The notes beneath the pieces were generated by a model. The model ran no database searches. It saw only the letters and a program-made list of their open reading frames with translations, and was not told where the DNA came from. Shown here piece after piece: positions 39,733 to 53,822 of a stretch of 64,000 bases of DNA (position 1 is its first letter; each line of letters opens with the position of its first letter). This stretch comes from Bigelowiella natans CCMP2755 (lineage: Eukaryota; Protista; Cercozoa). The stretch is taken from positions 1 through 64,000 of the forward strand of contig ADNK01000533.1 of assembly GCA_000320545.1 (NCBI GenBank). Reading direction: 5' to 3'. A program made the position numbers and the translations under genes.

Positions 39733-42140
39733 CAGCAGCAGCGGCAGCAACGTCAAAATCAAACAACGAACCAGAATGCGCAGGGGCCTGAAAGCACGAG
39801 ATATCCTCAGGAATTCAGCTCCAGGAAGGAACGAAAGGACGGAGAGGATGACGATCAGCCCGTCGATTCGATTGAACGCGTCTCCGAAATATGTCCCATC
39901 TATGGCGTACGCCTCAATGACCTCCTTCCTCGCATCTGTGAAGGTAGCATAGTGCGAACTGTCAGAGAGATTCCAAGAGAAAACCCGTTGACGTAGTCAA
40001 AGCTTGATGCTGTCTTGTATATAAGAGCTACTGCAGCATCATCATCAGCATCATCATCATCATCATCATCATTCTCGTCATCGTTATTTCATACTTAATG
40101 GGGGGAGAGGAGCCCACGGCATCGTCCTTGGGCCCGGACCCATTGCGACAATCTTGATGAGCATCTCCAGCGCGAAGACGATTGTGAATGCAATGTCCGC
40201 CCCGAAAAACGCCTGGATTATTTGTTATTTTGTTTTCGCTTTTTTTTTCTTCAGAAAGTTCGCCCCCTCGCTCCTCTCACAAGTTCCCCATGACCCACCC
40301 CGGCTCTTTCCGTGTAATATCTCTCGTGATTAGTGTTGTGGTGATGTGAATCTGAAATCATGCTGCTAATCATTATAACCACGACAACGACGTCGACTAC
40401 TACTACTACTACTACTGCACAACTGCTACTACAAATACCGGATTCGGCTCGTTCGAATGCGGGTCATCAATAGCAAGGATGATGCAGTTTATGGCAACCA
40501 ACATGCTTACGCCGTTCTTAAACCACCGCTTCTCTACGATGGCTATCAGCCTCTTGCGCAAAGGGTGGTCCGGCCTCATCCCAAACGACGTGATCATCGC
40601 TTTCTCCTGATGAGTTTTATTTAATTTGTTCAGATATACAGGGTGATATATTTTGTCAGGAGAGGGATGGCGGTGGTGGTGGTGTTTTAGGCAACGACGG
40701 CGGTGGCGCCACCACGCACTGCTACTGCTGCTAATACTGCCATTATTACTGCTGCTGCTCAAATTCTTACCCGTATCTGCTGCACCTCGATATTCGATAA
40801 GACGGAGGACTGCCGTCTCCTCATTCGGTGAGATGATGGCGAGTCCATTGACCTGCTTCTCCTTATGCTCTGCAGATGCGCTGTGGGCGATGGTGTTCCT
40901 ATTATCCCTGCAACTTCTCCTTGATGTTTCGTCTCCCCCCCCGCCAATCTTGAGGCTGTCCCCGCTTCTGTTGTTGCTTTTGCTGATGTTCGAAGAGGCA
41001 TTAATTCAATAGCCCTTGTAGTATTCTTTTTATTCTTAGGGGTATTTCTCCGATAGCCGTCCTTGTGGTCGTTATTACTCCTTTCGGGTGTTTTTGTTTC
41101 TGGAAAAAGACTTGCTGCAGAGGAAAGTCCACTAGTACCTCCTTCGGATATTGGTTTCCGTACTCCTCCTCCTTTTAGTATCATCTCAGGGATGTTTGTC
41201 TGGAGAAGATTGAGGCTCTCAGCCTGCTTTGGTGACCTTGGTGACGACATCCCGGAGAAAGGTTTCGCTGCGGAGATCGAAGGACTACTGTGGCCGGGTG
41301 AAAGAGATTTGCGTCTGAAGATATTTATTTTGGAGAGAACGGAGTGTCGCTTTTTCTCCGCCTTCTCGAGTTCCTTCCGGTCCTTCTCGCCCAAGTAGTA
41401 CTCATACTGCATGCGCTTGATCTCCTTCTGACGGTCCTCAATTTGGGTCTGGCGTTTCCCCTGAGCAGGATGTAAAATAAGCAGCATTGCACACAACACG
41501 CACGCATAAGGAAAGACATATGCATTCTAGAAATTCGATACTCATGTACGACGATCGACACCGCGTGTTACTATTGCCGTGCTAGTACGCACGCACACTG
41601 CATCATTTTGCAAGAAGAAAGTGCTATCACTATTGCACCTCCACCAACACTGCTGCCATAACAGATTCAAGAAGGAGCAGCTAATGTACTACTCACTCTC
41701 ACCTCGACGACTTGAATCTTGATGATCTCCTTTGGATCTGTGTCCTTGAGCATTTCCCGCATCGCTATGTCCCTGGCTATTGATACCTAGAACGAAGGTG
41801 AAGGGAAGAGACAAAGAGCGACAGCAGGACGTGTTTTTACAGAAAAGGTAGGCGACTGCTCGCTATTGTTATTTCCGTTGGCGTCTCCTTCCCCTCCTCC
41901 TCTTCCTCCTCCTTCTCATCGTCGTAGCAATCCAAATTTTTTGCTATAGTCGTGGTGGTGTTACTACCTGTAGCTGCTCATCGTCTTGGAACTGGATCAG
42001 CAGCATGGCGATGAAGAGGTTTACGATCATGAAGTCGCCAAGAACAATCAGCGACACAAAGTAGAGGGGCGTGATGCGGGATGTTTTGGCCGTTATTTCC
42101 CACATCACATCTGGCCACGAATCGCCACTGAAAGAGTAGA

Positions 42141-42183
<43 letters not shown>

Positions 42184-42257
42184 AAAGGCGCCAGAATGCA
42201 ATTAAGATTCAGATAATTGCACCAGCGGATGGCCACATATGCACTTATTAATATATA

Positions 42258-42300
<43 letters not shown>

Positions 42301-44169
42301 ACACGTGTATAAATGCTGTCTCTGTGTGCATTATGAACATGTGCGCGTGATATATTGTAGTAAAATGCTTGTGTTTGTCTCCTTGTCGCTCCGGACGAAG
42401 AGAACCTCGTTATTGTACCTGACGCATTGAAAGACGAGGAGGAACGATGCCCATAAGTCGTCAAAGCTCCACCGTGATGTCGACTCGGTTAGTTTCCCGG
42501 CGAACAGCTGCACGCCTAGCACCTGATGTGTGTAGAGGGTGGAGAAAGTGAAGGCATTGTGTTTGCATCGTTGACACACGTTTTCAAGATGGAAAGAATC
42601 TTCCCCCATCCATCTCGACGATGACAAAGAGGAAAGGCGGGACGACTGATGAAGCGGACCAACAACTTCTTACCGCGAACATGAAGAGGAACACCATTAC
42701 GAGTAGAATCAAGTACATCACCTTCGAATCACAACATCCAACGTGGTAAGAACGGGGGGGGGGGGGGAGGCGAAGGGTACACGGGTACAGAAAGCCCACA
42801 TCTCCATCATTTACGCGACTATCGCCCCTATGCCATATGCTAGCCGCACATCAGCAGCAAAAGCTACAGCTACAGCAAGTACCTGGACCAAGCAATTGAT
42901 GATGACCACGAAGAGTTTTCTCAAGTCGCGCACGTTGTTGAACAGCTTGAAGATCCGCAGCAGCCGCAGTGTCCGCAGGCCCGAAACCTGAGACAGAACC
43001 GTGTCGTCAAATGGTATTGGAGTCTACTTCGCGATATCTATTTCGTGCGTTGCGGGTGCGTGGCGGGTGCGGCATGCATGCATACATGCAAGCGTAGGCC
43101 GTAGTATGGGTGAGGTACGATTGGCTTATTCTTTCTCTAGATTCTGTCGTGGTGGCATAAATTCTAGGACTACTACCTGGTTGGCGTTCGGGATGAAAGA
43201 GATTAGCACGATGAACGCATCGAAGCGGTTCCATGGGTCGCACAGATATCCACGTAGCCCCAGCCCCGCCAGCTTGAGCAGCATCTCCACCAGGAACACC
43301 AATGCGCATGCCTGCACAGCGGATGACAGCAGAGAGACAACGAGAATGGGTGGAGGTAGGAGCATTGCGGTAGCGGAAAGGGGAGGGGGCGGAAAAGAGA
43401 CAAAAGCCACTCATCAATCGAGTAGTTTAAGTGTTCATTCGATTGGTTTTGGTTTTGGTTTTGGTTTTGGTTTTGGGTGTGGGTGTGGATGTGGGTGCGT
43501 GTGTAGTCGTTTCTTCTTCCTTACAAAATTGATTTCCTCAATGAATTTCTCTTCCGCCGTGGAGATTCCGTAGTAGTTGTACGAGAGTGCGGCTGTGTTG
43601 AGCAGGATGACAAGGTTTACAAAGATCTTCATCCACATCGATGAAGTCACAACGACAAAGATGCTTCGAAACACGGCCGGCTTGTTCTGAAGCCAGAGGG
43701 TCGGATATCTACCAATGCCAACCAGCATCACCATGGGGAAAAATAAAACGGATGAGGAAATTGTGATCGTGTGCGCGAGTGAGGGTAAGTGCATGCATTT
43801 GTTCGTGTGCACGTGTTTTGCGGGTAGAGGTGGGTTGATGGTGAAAGCAGGCCACGTCTCGCAGAGCCGTCGATCCGCAATTTATTGAGACGTTCGAGGA
43901 CCGCAGGAAAAAGACGAAAAGGTTCGGGCGACGGGGAGGGAGGAGGGGGGGACAGACGGTGGAAATCCCAACCTCACGCTCCAGAAGGAATGTATCATCG
44001 AGAGCGCGTTGCGCTCGGTCTCTGTCGTTTTTTCCAGCCAATTCTTGAGAAACTCGAGTCGGATATTCTTCAGCCTGCCCTGTATCTACAGGTGTCATGC
44101 AGCAGCAGCAACAACAATCAAAACGAGAAAAATCAATGATTCCGACGAGAGTGGTAAGATAAATCAACA

Positions 44170-44210
<41 letters not shown>

Positions 44211-46754
44211 TATGTATGTGTGTGTGTGTTATTTATATCTTCTTACCTCTTGCGTGTGTGTGTGTGTGTGTGTGTGTGTTTATGTTTACGTGCATGCGCA
44301 CAAGCATATTATACCTTGTCTACAATGACCCTGTTATGCAACAACAGCATTTCGTTGTACCCGATGTGCTCGCTAACCACCATGTTAATGTTGTTCTTCA
44401 GCTGGAGAGCTTCGCGGTTACTATACTTATTTTCTCGAGCGAAAAAGGTCGATTTGCTCCCCCCCTTGCGCGCTACGAGGCCGCTGTTATCCAGGTCCCT
44501 GTCCGAGCGACTAGCAGTGATGGCGTTCTTACTGCTGTCCATCCTCCTTCCTGCTACTTCTTTGGCGTATTTTTGGCTAAACCACTTCCCACCTCCCTCC
44601 GAGGCTTCAAGTGCGCTGAACGCCGGTACCTGGAAGAATTTTAGCTCGAACTCGTCGAGGAATTCGCCAATTATATGATCATTGACGGGCCAAAATCCGC
44701 GGTGCTCAAGGAGGAGTTGTTGCAATGGCCCTCCGCTCGTCGCAATCTTCTGTTCCCCTCTGCTGCTGCCCTGTCTGCTATGGCTCCGCAATCGAAAACC
44801 GGCGGGCATGACCTGTTCGAAAGTAATACGTTGGAATTGGGTGACGACGGCCCCATGGGCAAGCAGGATAATATTGATGGAAGTGGAATGATGATGACGA
44901 CCATGTTGATGAGGATTATCATGATAATAGTGATGATGATGCAAATAACATCAGTGATGGAACAACAGTCAAGCCACCCCCCAGACGGCTTACTGCAAAT
45001 ACAGCTGCTAGTCAAACATGCTCTCACTTCATTATCACATCGGGAAGTCACTCACCGGGCAGCCTTCCGACCGCAACCAGAGTCTATACTTCAGCTCTAT
45101 TTGACGCTTTTGTTCGATGATCCACAGCGTAATATCCTCAGACACTGCGGCCAAGACCTGAATTTTGAAGGTTTCCTCCGGATCTTTGGAATCATCCGTG
45201 CTAGGGGCATCTTCAAAGGTATCCTTCTCATCATCAGCGTCCAGAACTTTGCCACACGATTCAGTGGGTGCAGAGCGAGGAGAGGTGGTGGGAACGCCGT
45301 CTCCGCTCGCATTGTCATCATCTTCTTCACCGCCATTCACCCCGCACTTTTCCTCCTTCAGCTTCTTCTTCTCCTGCATCTCCTGATGTTGCATCTTCGC
45401 CTGAGGAAAAATGGTAGATGGATGGGAATAACGACACATGGAAGGGCATCTATGTGTGTGTATGCGTCTCCTTGCGTGTCAGATATTCACTAGAAAATAA
45501 CGAAAACCAGAATGTAACAAAGACAGAGGCCTTGTATGTGAAAGAATGACATATAGCATATCGTTGTCACTTTTCTGCTTTTTACACCCCGCGGGGTCAC
45601 AAATAGCCCACTTCTCGGCGCTACCTTCTCATTCTCTGCCCCTGTATGTAGCTGCCGGAAAGCGTCCTTGATGGCCGCAAGCATGAGGTTGAGGGCGAAG
45701 AAGGACACGAGAAGGATCAGGAAGAAGAAGTAGAACCAGACGAAGGGGGACACTCCATCCATCACCGTGTGCAGGATGCTGCCCCACCCGCTCATCGTAA
45801 TCGTTTGAAATATCTGCGCATAGGAAAGACACAACAACAAGCTTATGCATGCTTCCGTGCGTCTTGTGCGCCGAACGAATCGTTATCGTCACCCGAACCA
45901 CCACAGCCATCAGCACATATAATGTCGTCCTCGTCATCATTACTACTACAAACTACTTCTCCTTAGACCTGTAGCAACGCAGACGGAAAATCGTCGAAGC
46001 TCACCACCCCATAGAAGGGGTTTCCGGCCTGCGAAGGGGGAGAGAGATGGCAAAAGGAGATGATCATGCTACGCTGCGTGCACTACTCTAAGACACAACT
46101 GAAGTAGCACTACTATACTTCTAGTAGTAGTACCCATGCTCTCCACCCCATCCCCCCCCTTACCTCGGGTTTGCACGTAGACCCATGCGGACACTGAAAG
46201 AGCCCTGCGGACGTCAGGCTACAAATGCGATCCAGTGGCAGAGTCTCCCCGGACGCATCGTCGAAGCAGCGCTGGCGCAAGATGCCCTTAAACAAGGTCA
46301 CCCCGGTGATACCGAAGAAGAAGAGAAGAAGTGACAGCACGAGCGATACACGGCCAATTGCCGCGACGGAGTAGAGAAGGACGGTCACCAGGGCTCGGAG
46401 TTGTGGGACACGCTTGACCGCCCGGAGCGGCCTCAACACTCTCACCACGCGAATCGCTGAGACGTTCGGCACGCTAGGGATGGCTCCCAAGCAGCCAAAC
46501 ACAACGACGACGAAGTCGATATAGTTCCACCCGTCGCGGAAGTAACCGGGACTCGATGCGTAGTATTCCTCTGGCATACCTGTCCATCCGTTCCATGGAC
46601 AGGGAAAGGGGAGGGGGAGAGAGTAAGAGTTGTGCTTGCACAACATGAACACAATGGAGGGTCGTGTGATGGTAGTAATAACGATGATAGTGTGCTTGTG
46701 AAACCCGCGTCTGTATGTGAATGCGTGCGTGCATGCATGTGTGTATGCGTGTTT

Positions 46755-46791
<37 letters not shown>

Positions 46792-47280
46792 TGAGCATAG
46801 ACTGTCCTTATATATTTTTCTGTGGAAAGTCATTCTTGTTATGAACTCATTAGTTTACTACTAAAACGACTACTAAAACAACAACAACATTAACAACAAC
46901 TACTGCTACTACTACAAAAGTCATTGCCAAAACCATACCGGGGAGCTCCTCCTCACTTTTAGTCTCACGCCAAAGCCCAAGCGCCAGTATTTTTAAGAAC
47001 ATCTCTATGATGAAGATGGAGAGGAAGATAGGGTCCAGAATTCGAGAGACCTTGACTTCCCAGTGGGTCTCAGGATTCAACGGGTTTGAGAAGGCAAGCA
47101 GCACGCAGTTGAAGAGAATTAAGATCAAAATTACGTTGTCGAACCACGCCTGTGATGGTAATAATAATGATCACGATTATCATAACTATCCTCCATTGTG
47201 AGGTCCAACGTCATCCGCATAATTTCACACAACATGGAGCTTTGCAAGGTGCCATGAGATCACTACTTCTTCTTCTCCTT

Positions 47281-47313
<33 letters not shown>

Positions 47314-48117
47314 TTTCTAATCCCCACCTTTGAAGTGATATTCACACGTGCCCAGCGGCTCATGTATTCATACCAGCCCATCGATTGATTCAGGGCCCTT
47401 CGCTTCTCGCTCCTATCTTCCTTCGGTGTTCGCGGAGATTTGCCGCCATGACCAATCCGCAGCATTTGAAAGATAGAAGGCTCTTCTTTTCGGAGCTTAA
47501 CGTCAACAGTAAGCTTAGGTGCGTCCTTAGTGTCGGGCAGGTTGCTGCCGCTGCTGCTATTGAGAGCTTTCTTCCAAGGCTCTCTTCTTCCAAGCGGGGT
47601 GACGCCGAAAGCAAATGTCTTGTCCTTTGCTCTGTTCTGTTTCATTAGATTTAGGGAGTAGCGCCGTTTCTTTGTATCCCCCTTATCCAACATCGTGGAC
47701 GACGAGGACGATACCCCTGAGAATGACTGTCTTCGTTCACACCTCAACTTCTCGTCTGAAGATCTCCTGCCATGTTGTGTTTCTGAATAGCAAATTATGA
47801 ATGTAGGGGAATTCAGTTCGATGACTCAGGTTTGACCTTTACTCCGGGCCACATACTCTCTCCCCTCCTTTCTCCCTTTTGACATCTCATCTATCAGTAG
47901 CAGGACAACTTTGAATACCTAGTGAGACGTCCCTCTGCTCCGCCCGGAAACCCGAAGGGGTGATGCTGCGGCTAGATTCGAGACAGGACTCCTCCAATAA
48001 GCCAGCAGAAGATCTTCCATCCATACCTGTTGTTTCAGAAGATTGTCCACTCCTGTTCTTCGATGAAGTACTCTTTCGTCTGCCATTGGGGATAGCCAAG
48101 GGCGAGGTGTAACTCAT
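35382..48117 (-). CDS. Four-domain (4x6TM) voltage-gated Na+/Ca2+ channel alpha subunit, many exons
   Basis: Four S4 segments (IRVVRVLRPLRAVKR; LRTLRLLRIFK; LRISRAFRPLRIL; LRLFRLARLFRVVAR), four P-loops, S6 NLFIA/NLFVA motifs, C-terminal EF-like WSAFDPQGTGFL and an IQ-like tail. Confidence 0.93.
43446..43499. repeat. (GGTTTT)n grading into (GGGTGT)n intronic hexamer repeat
   Basis: Visible directly. Confidence 0.9.
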
Positions 48118-48686
48118 ACTTGAGAGCGGGCTAGTATCGAGGGAACAAGACCGCTCCTGCTACTACTACTATTACTACTGTGAACTATCTTGGAGGAAGT
48201 TGCCTCTCCTTATTAATTGGCACTGGCAAGATCTAGTACTTGGGGGCAGGGATGGGCCAGCCAGCTGCGGCCATCCACTTAACATGCTGCCGGCGGCTTC
48301 TGGTAACCGAATCCGTTTCAGTTTTCGCAGCTTTCACGGGAAAACTTCTTGACGGGAGAACAACGCGTAGTCTTGAAGAACGACATAGCTTGCATACGCT
48401 ACCTGCATCGCGGTTGTCCCGAGGGTTTACCTCTCTGCGACATAAAAAGGGTTGTCGCTGTTGGGATATGGTGGCTGTTATACAATTTTCCTTTCCCGCA
48501 AAATCTTAGAGGCCTTGTCTGTGGTTGTTTCCCGCCTGAAAAATATTCCAAATTCGGAACAAAGTCTGACAACAGTCTGACAACACTCGCCCTTAACGAA
48601 CTCTTCATCTTCCGAGCGATCCCTTCGCTCAGGAACCCCACCCAGGCGCGGGAGGTACGCGAGCCTCAGCCGCTGAGGCTGGAAAA

Positions 48687-50877
48687 ATGCGACGGAAGCA
48701 GGGAAGAGGACAGCTCTGGCTACTAAGATGTCGTAGGTTGTCGTCGTCTGCCCTTGTTATGACCCTCTCCCTCCTGGTGCTCCATTTTGTGGAGGACATC
48801 TCCGTGTTCCAGGCTCCTTCGCGTATTAAGCACCAGAGGAATCGACATTGGTGTGTGTGTGTGTGTAATATTAGCTATGACGTAGGAAAGAATTATCGTA
48901 GAGAGGGGCTTACGTTGGCTTTGAAACATACACGTGTGTCGCCTGTTTTGCAAAGGAAAAGTAGATAAAAAGAATGTAGCACCGTCAACATCGAGTTCCA
49001 CACGTATTATTTTTGCTTTAGGCTCTCCTCCAAGCTCGATCTCGTCGGAGCTCGCGATGGCGGTCGACACAGCGGTCAAATGCTAATATTTGATGACAAA
49101 AAGCCGACAAAAGCACATTCAAAGTCAAAGAAGCATAATCAACACAACCAAGATGGGCTGACAGCCTCTAAGAGCAAGGAACCTTTCGAGTGGTACGCGC
49201 AGGCTATCCGGAAAGCAGCTCTCATCGAAAACTACGAGGTTGGTCGCTGCTGCTGGCATGAAGTAGTTATGGAGAAATCGCATTTTCTCCTCAAAGCAAC
49301 TTAACGATACCCAACCGTGGCTTTTCCTTGTATTCCACTATTTCTCTTAAAATGGTTGAAACACTTGTATAGGTATCAGGTTGCTACGTCCTGCGCCCTT
49401 GGGCTATGCAAATCTGGAGGACGATACGGAGCAGGCTAGACGCCAATATTACCGAGCAGCTCGGTGCTGACGAGGCCTACTTCCCGCTCCTCGTGTCGAA
49501 CCAGACTCTATCGAAAGAGGCTGACCACCTGGAAGGCTTTGCTCCTGAGGTGATCGAGAACGGGAGGAGTGTTTTAGATGAAGAAGAAGAAGAAGAAGTA
49601 TATCCCACGCAAGCAAAGGGACAGATGTGGGAACGTAGATGTGACGGAGTATCGTATCCTCCGCACTTTTTTCAGGTTGCGTGGGTGACGCACGCTGGCT
49701 GCACCGAGCTGGACAGGCCTTTGGGTATGTGCTCCTGTATTCCATTCACATTGTTGGCTTCCATCGTCACGCTTCTTTTCGTCGCTGACGATGATGTCAT
49801 AACCCTTCATCTTCCCCCCCCCCCGCTCAGCGTTACGGCCAACGTCGGAGGCTATCATCTACCCGTAAGGAGAGACCAAATCCAATTGCAGAGCAACCGC
49901 CGCACATCAAAACACACTTCTGATATCATCTCACGTTAGGTACTTTGCGAAGTGGATAAGATCGCATAGAGATCTGCCCTTAAGGTGCACTTTTTCTCCT
50001 CCTCTCTCCGTCATTCGATGAATCCAACCCTCGCGTTACACTCCACACTCAGAGTAAATCAATGGTGCAATGTCGTCCGATGGGAGTTTTCATGCCCCAC
50101 CCCCTTCATCCGCACACGCGAGTTTCTGTGGCAGGTAAGCGGCTACAACGATCCGTGAAGTTGCTTTGCGTGTTCTCTGTATGGCCAGATAATTCGGCGG
50201 GGCGGCATGGGAAAAACCTCAGTGGTGGCCTCTACTCCTATCGTCCTTGCTTGCTATTGTTGTAGGAAGGGCACACCGCACATGCGACAAGGGAAGGGGC
50301 CGAGCAGGAGGTAGCCGAGGCGCTCGAGGTGTACAAGAATATATACGAAGATGTCCTGGCCATCCCTGTAAGTGGCTGTGAGTATATCTCTGAAGGGTGG
50401 GGGGGTGGGTAGCCCTCTATACGCTGCTCCTGGTGGTGGTGGTAGTGCTGCTGCTGATAATGACGATGATTGTGATGAGTACTGCTGTTACGGCTCCAAT
50501 CCGTCTCTTCCTAGGTGATTCCCGGGCGCAAGACGCAAAAGGAGAAGTTCGCAGGCGCTTTGTACACGTCGACCATTGAGGTTCGTCTGTGGTTTGACTA
50601 TGATTTCCATTTTCACAAGCATCCCTTATACAGGCGTTTGTTCCCTGCACAGGACGTGGGATTCAGGTCCTTTCTCCTCCTCCTCCTCCTCCTCTCCCCT
50701 CTTTTTACTCCTCATCTCTTAGCAAACATAGTCGTTCTGCGTTTGCACAACCACCGTTACCGGATTGAGCGGTGTTCTTTTGTGCAGGCCGCTACTGCGC
50801 ATTGCCTCGGCCAGAACTTCGCACGTATCTACAACGTCGAGTATGAGGACCAGGACGGCAGGTGTGTTGTTGATAGG

Positions 50878-50916
<39 letters not shown>

Positions 50917-51648
50917 AGCGCACGCACACTCCTACTGTCACACATAAACTTTTCTTCTCCTAGGCGCTCGCTTGTATGGCAGAACAGCTGGGGATTCACG
51001 ACGAGGGCAATCGGTCAGTAGTCAGGCGACGATAGTATGATCGATGACGACGACAACAACACCAACCGCATTCTCGAATTGATGCATAGCATCGAGGGGC
51101 GGGGGAGGAAGTGGGAAGTATCCTTCGCTAGAATATTTGCATCGGAGAACTTTTTCCCAAGAGGTCTTTTGGTTGTTGTCCAGTAATACCTAGCCCCATA
51201 TCATCTCCCTTGCTTCAGGAATAATGATTCTTGTTCACGGGGACGACAATGGGTTGATTCTTCCTCCTCCAGTGGCCCCGGTGCAGGCCATCGTGGTGCC
51301 GATCCCCCCCTCGAAGGCCTACGTCAAGAAGCAGTTGCTTCCTCTGCAGGATCAACAGCTAGGCGTGGGAGGAGGAGGGGAAGGAGAATCCAGATCAGAA
51401 CGTAACAACACAGCAAGTCGGAGTGCTACAAAGGGCGATGACGATGGTGGAGAGGCAGTTGCATCTGCATCAGCGCGGGTGACAGCTCGTATACTGAATG
51501 CTGCGCGCGCCGTCCAAGACGCTCTTAGGCGCAACGGTAGGATATTCGAATGGGTAGCACTCGATGATGGCTAGGAGTTATAAAAGCCTTTTTCTTTTCC
51601 CCCCCTACGAAAGAGGGGAAGGAAGAAATAAAGGGATTTCTCTCTTTA

Positions 51649-51700
<52 letters not shown>

Positions 51701-51960
51701 GCATGCATACACAGCATGCGGTAGCATTCATTTCAAATATCTGCAGGGCTGAGGGCAAAGATCGACGACGATCCCACGCATAGTCCTGGCTGGAAGTATA
51801 ATTTCTGGGAGCTAAAAGGGGTTGTGATATTCGTAGAGCAGCGCGGTGGTGATAGGGGAAATCGGCAGTATCGTTGAAGCTCCACTTCGAGTCCACTTAA
51901 GAGGGAGACCACAGAGAGAGGGCGGGGGAAAAGCTATACCCACATCTCCGGACAACAACC

Positions 51961-51995
<35 letters not shown>

Positions 51996-53112
51996 GTCAT
52001 CGTCGTTTGCACGCGTCACAATGCATATCAGGTTCCGATAAGGATCGAGGTAGGGCCACGCGACGTGGAAACGCAATCGGTGAGGAGAATAGCCATCACA
52101 GTAGCAGTGGGACCGCACAGCTATGTGGCTTAGTAATCCTTCCGATAACATTTTGTTCTACACGCCAGAGGGGGGAAAGCGGTGAAAAGGAGGGGGGGGG
52201 GGGGATGGAGGGTCCAAAGATGCCGCGGTTGTCCTTGAGAAGGGCCGGGTCGAACGAATCCAAACGGAATATCTGTCATCATCATAATTATTAATAACTC
52301 TTGCTGTTATAATCAACACTACCACCATAGGCGGTTCTTGTGAGGCGAGATACCGGGGAGCGCCGCACAGTAGCGATGGCGAACATCTCCACTGAGGTGC
52401 TGCGGGTGTTGTGCCGACGCTGTCATCATATAGAGAGTAGGAATGCTGTAAAGGATAATGCAAAACCCGAAGTCTTCGTGTGTGTGTGTGTGTGTGTGTG
52501 CGTGTGTGTGTGTGTGGTGCGTGCATTCGTGCTTACTGATATGTTCTTTTTATTTTTATTTTTCTTCTTTTTCTCGTCCGTGGTGTTCTGCTGGAGAAGG
52601 TAAAGAACGAGTGCAAACGGATGCATGATTCGATGCTTGCAAAAGCTCGGCATCAGCTGAAAGTAAAAAATAAATCTCCATTAGAACCTGTAGCTAGTGC
52701 GGTGCTTTTTTGCTTGCAACCTACAAAGCGTTACGTCTTAGCGTGCTCGCCATCTACAAGCGGGATTTCAGCATAGATACAACTGAGTAATGAACATCCA
52801 TCAGAATCAGCACAAGCATAACTATCATCGTCGTCATCGTCGTCATCAGTGCCATCCACCATAATTTCTCCCAGTATAATCATTACCTCAACCAACACCG
52901 CAGTCGCGTATCCGCACCGTGACCCGCTGGGAGGATTTCGTACTCGCATTGCAGGAGAGCTGCCTCGTCCTCGCTCCTTGGTGAGATATATCTTGAGATC
53001 ACTGTCGTCATATCTTTTGGCAAAGCCGATGTGCATTTTTTGCCTCCTCTAAGAATTTCGAACGGCGGAATGCGGAATTGGGCGCGGACCATATGATGGA
53101 AAATTCGCTCGG

Positions 53113-53151
<39 letters not shown>

Positions 53152-53545
53152 ACATGAGCCACCGCTATAACTTAAATTGTTCCCATAGGGAAATGTCGAA
53201 GTATACGCTATCACTGTAACGCACAGCAAAATTATGATACTTGATTTATACAGGTGTGGGGATAGCATTGTAGAAGAGACAATCAAAGCTAGAACGGCCA
53301 CCGCCTCCATAGCTGTCCCTGAAATTAATGACCAAGATAGAAGTATTCCTAATAACGAGAAAGATGCATCCGCAGTGAGTTCCAAAACAGCAACTGCTGC
53401 AAACACTACCACCACTTCGTTGACAGGAGCGGCAAAAGCGCTATGCATTCCTTTTGACCAGCCGCCGCTCCCCCCGGGTACAAAATGCATTGGAGATGCT
53501 TCTCGTGAGGCCAAAATGTGGGTATTATTCGGACGATCGTATTAA
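48687..53545 (+). CDS. proS: Prolyl-tRNA synthetase (eukaryote/archaeal type) with a ~100-aa bipartite leader, multi-exon
   Basis: [86 protein letters not shown] and LFGRSY*. Confidence 0.96.
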
Positions 53546-53755
53546 TGTGCGGCCACACTCAAACAAACTTAAATTATAATTATTATACATTATAAGTTAC
53601 GAGCTGTGCACCTGCTATGCGCTATGCTAAGCATACTACAAGTCTAATGCTATGACAGCTGTACTGCCACATATATTAAGATTATATATTTCGCAAATAT
53701 GCTAGAGCGAATGTTCATGGCGCCATTAAATCAATATTAGTCATCATCCCACTTG

Positions 53756-53791
<36 letters not shown>

Positions 53792-53795
<4 letters not shown>

Positions 53796-53822
53796 TTAAT
53801 TCTTCATTACATCCGTCTCATA
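53792..53822 (+). mobile_element. Ultra-short 3' end of LINE-like family inside (TA)n (copy E)
   Basis: aaatttaattcttcattacatccgtctca flanked on both sides by (TA)n. Confidence 0.75.

Noticed and set aside
43446-43475. (GGTTTT)n as an interstitial telomere
   Set aside because: Only ~5 units inside an SSR-rich intron, grading into another hexamer
44009-45493. Plus-strand ORFs of 211 and 272 aa
   Set aside because: They are antisense to channel linker exons and run through SSRs
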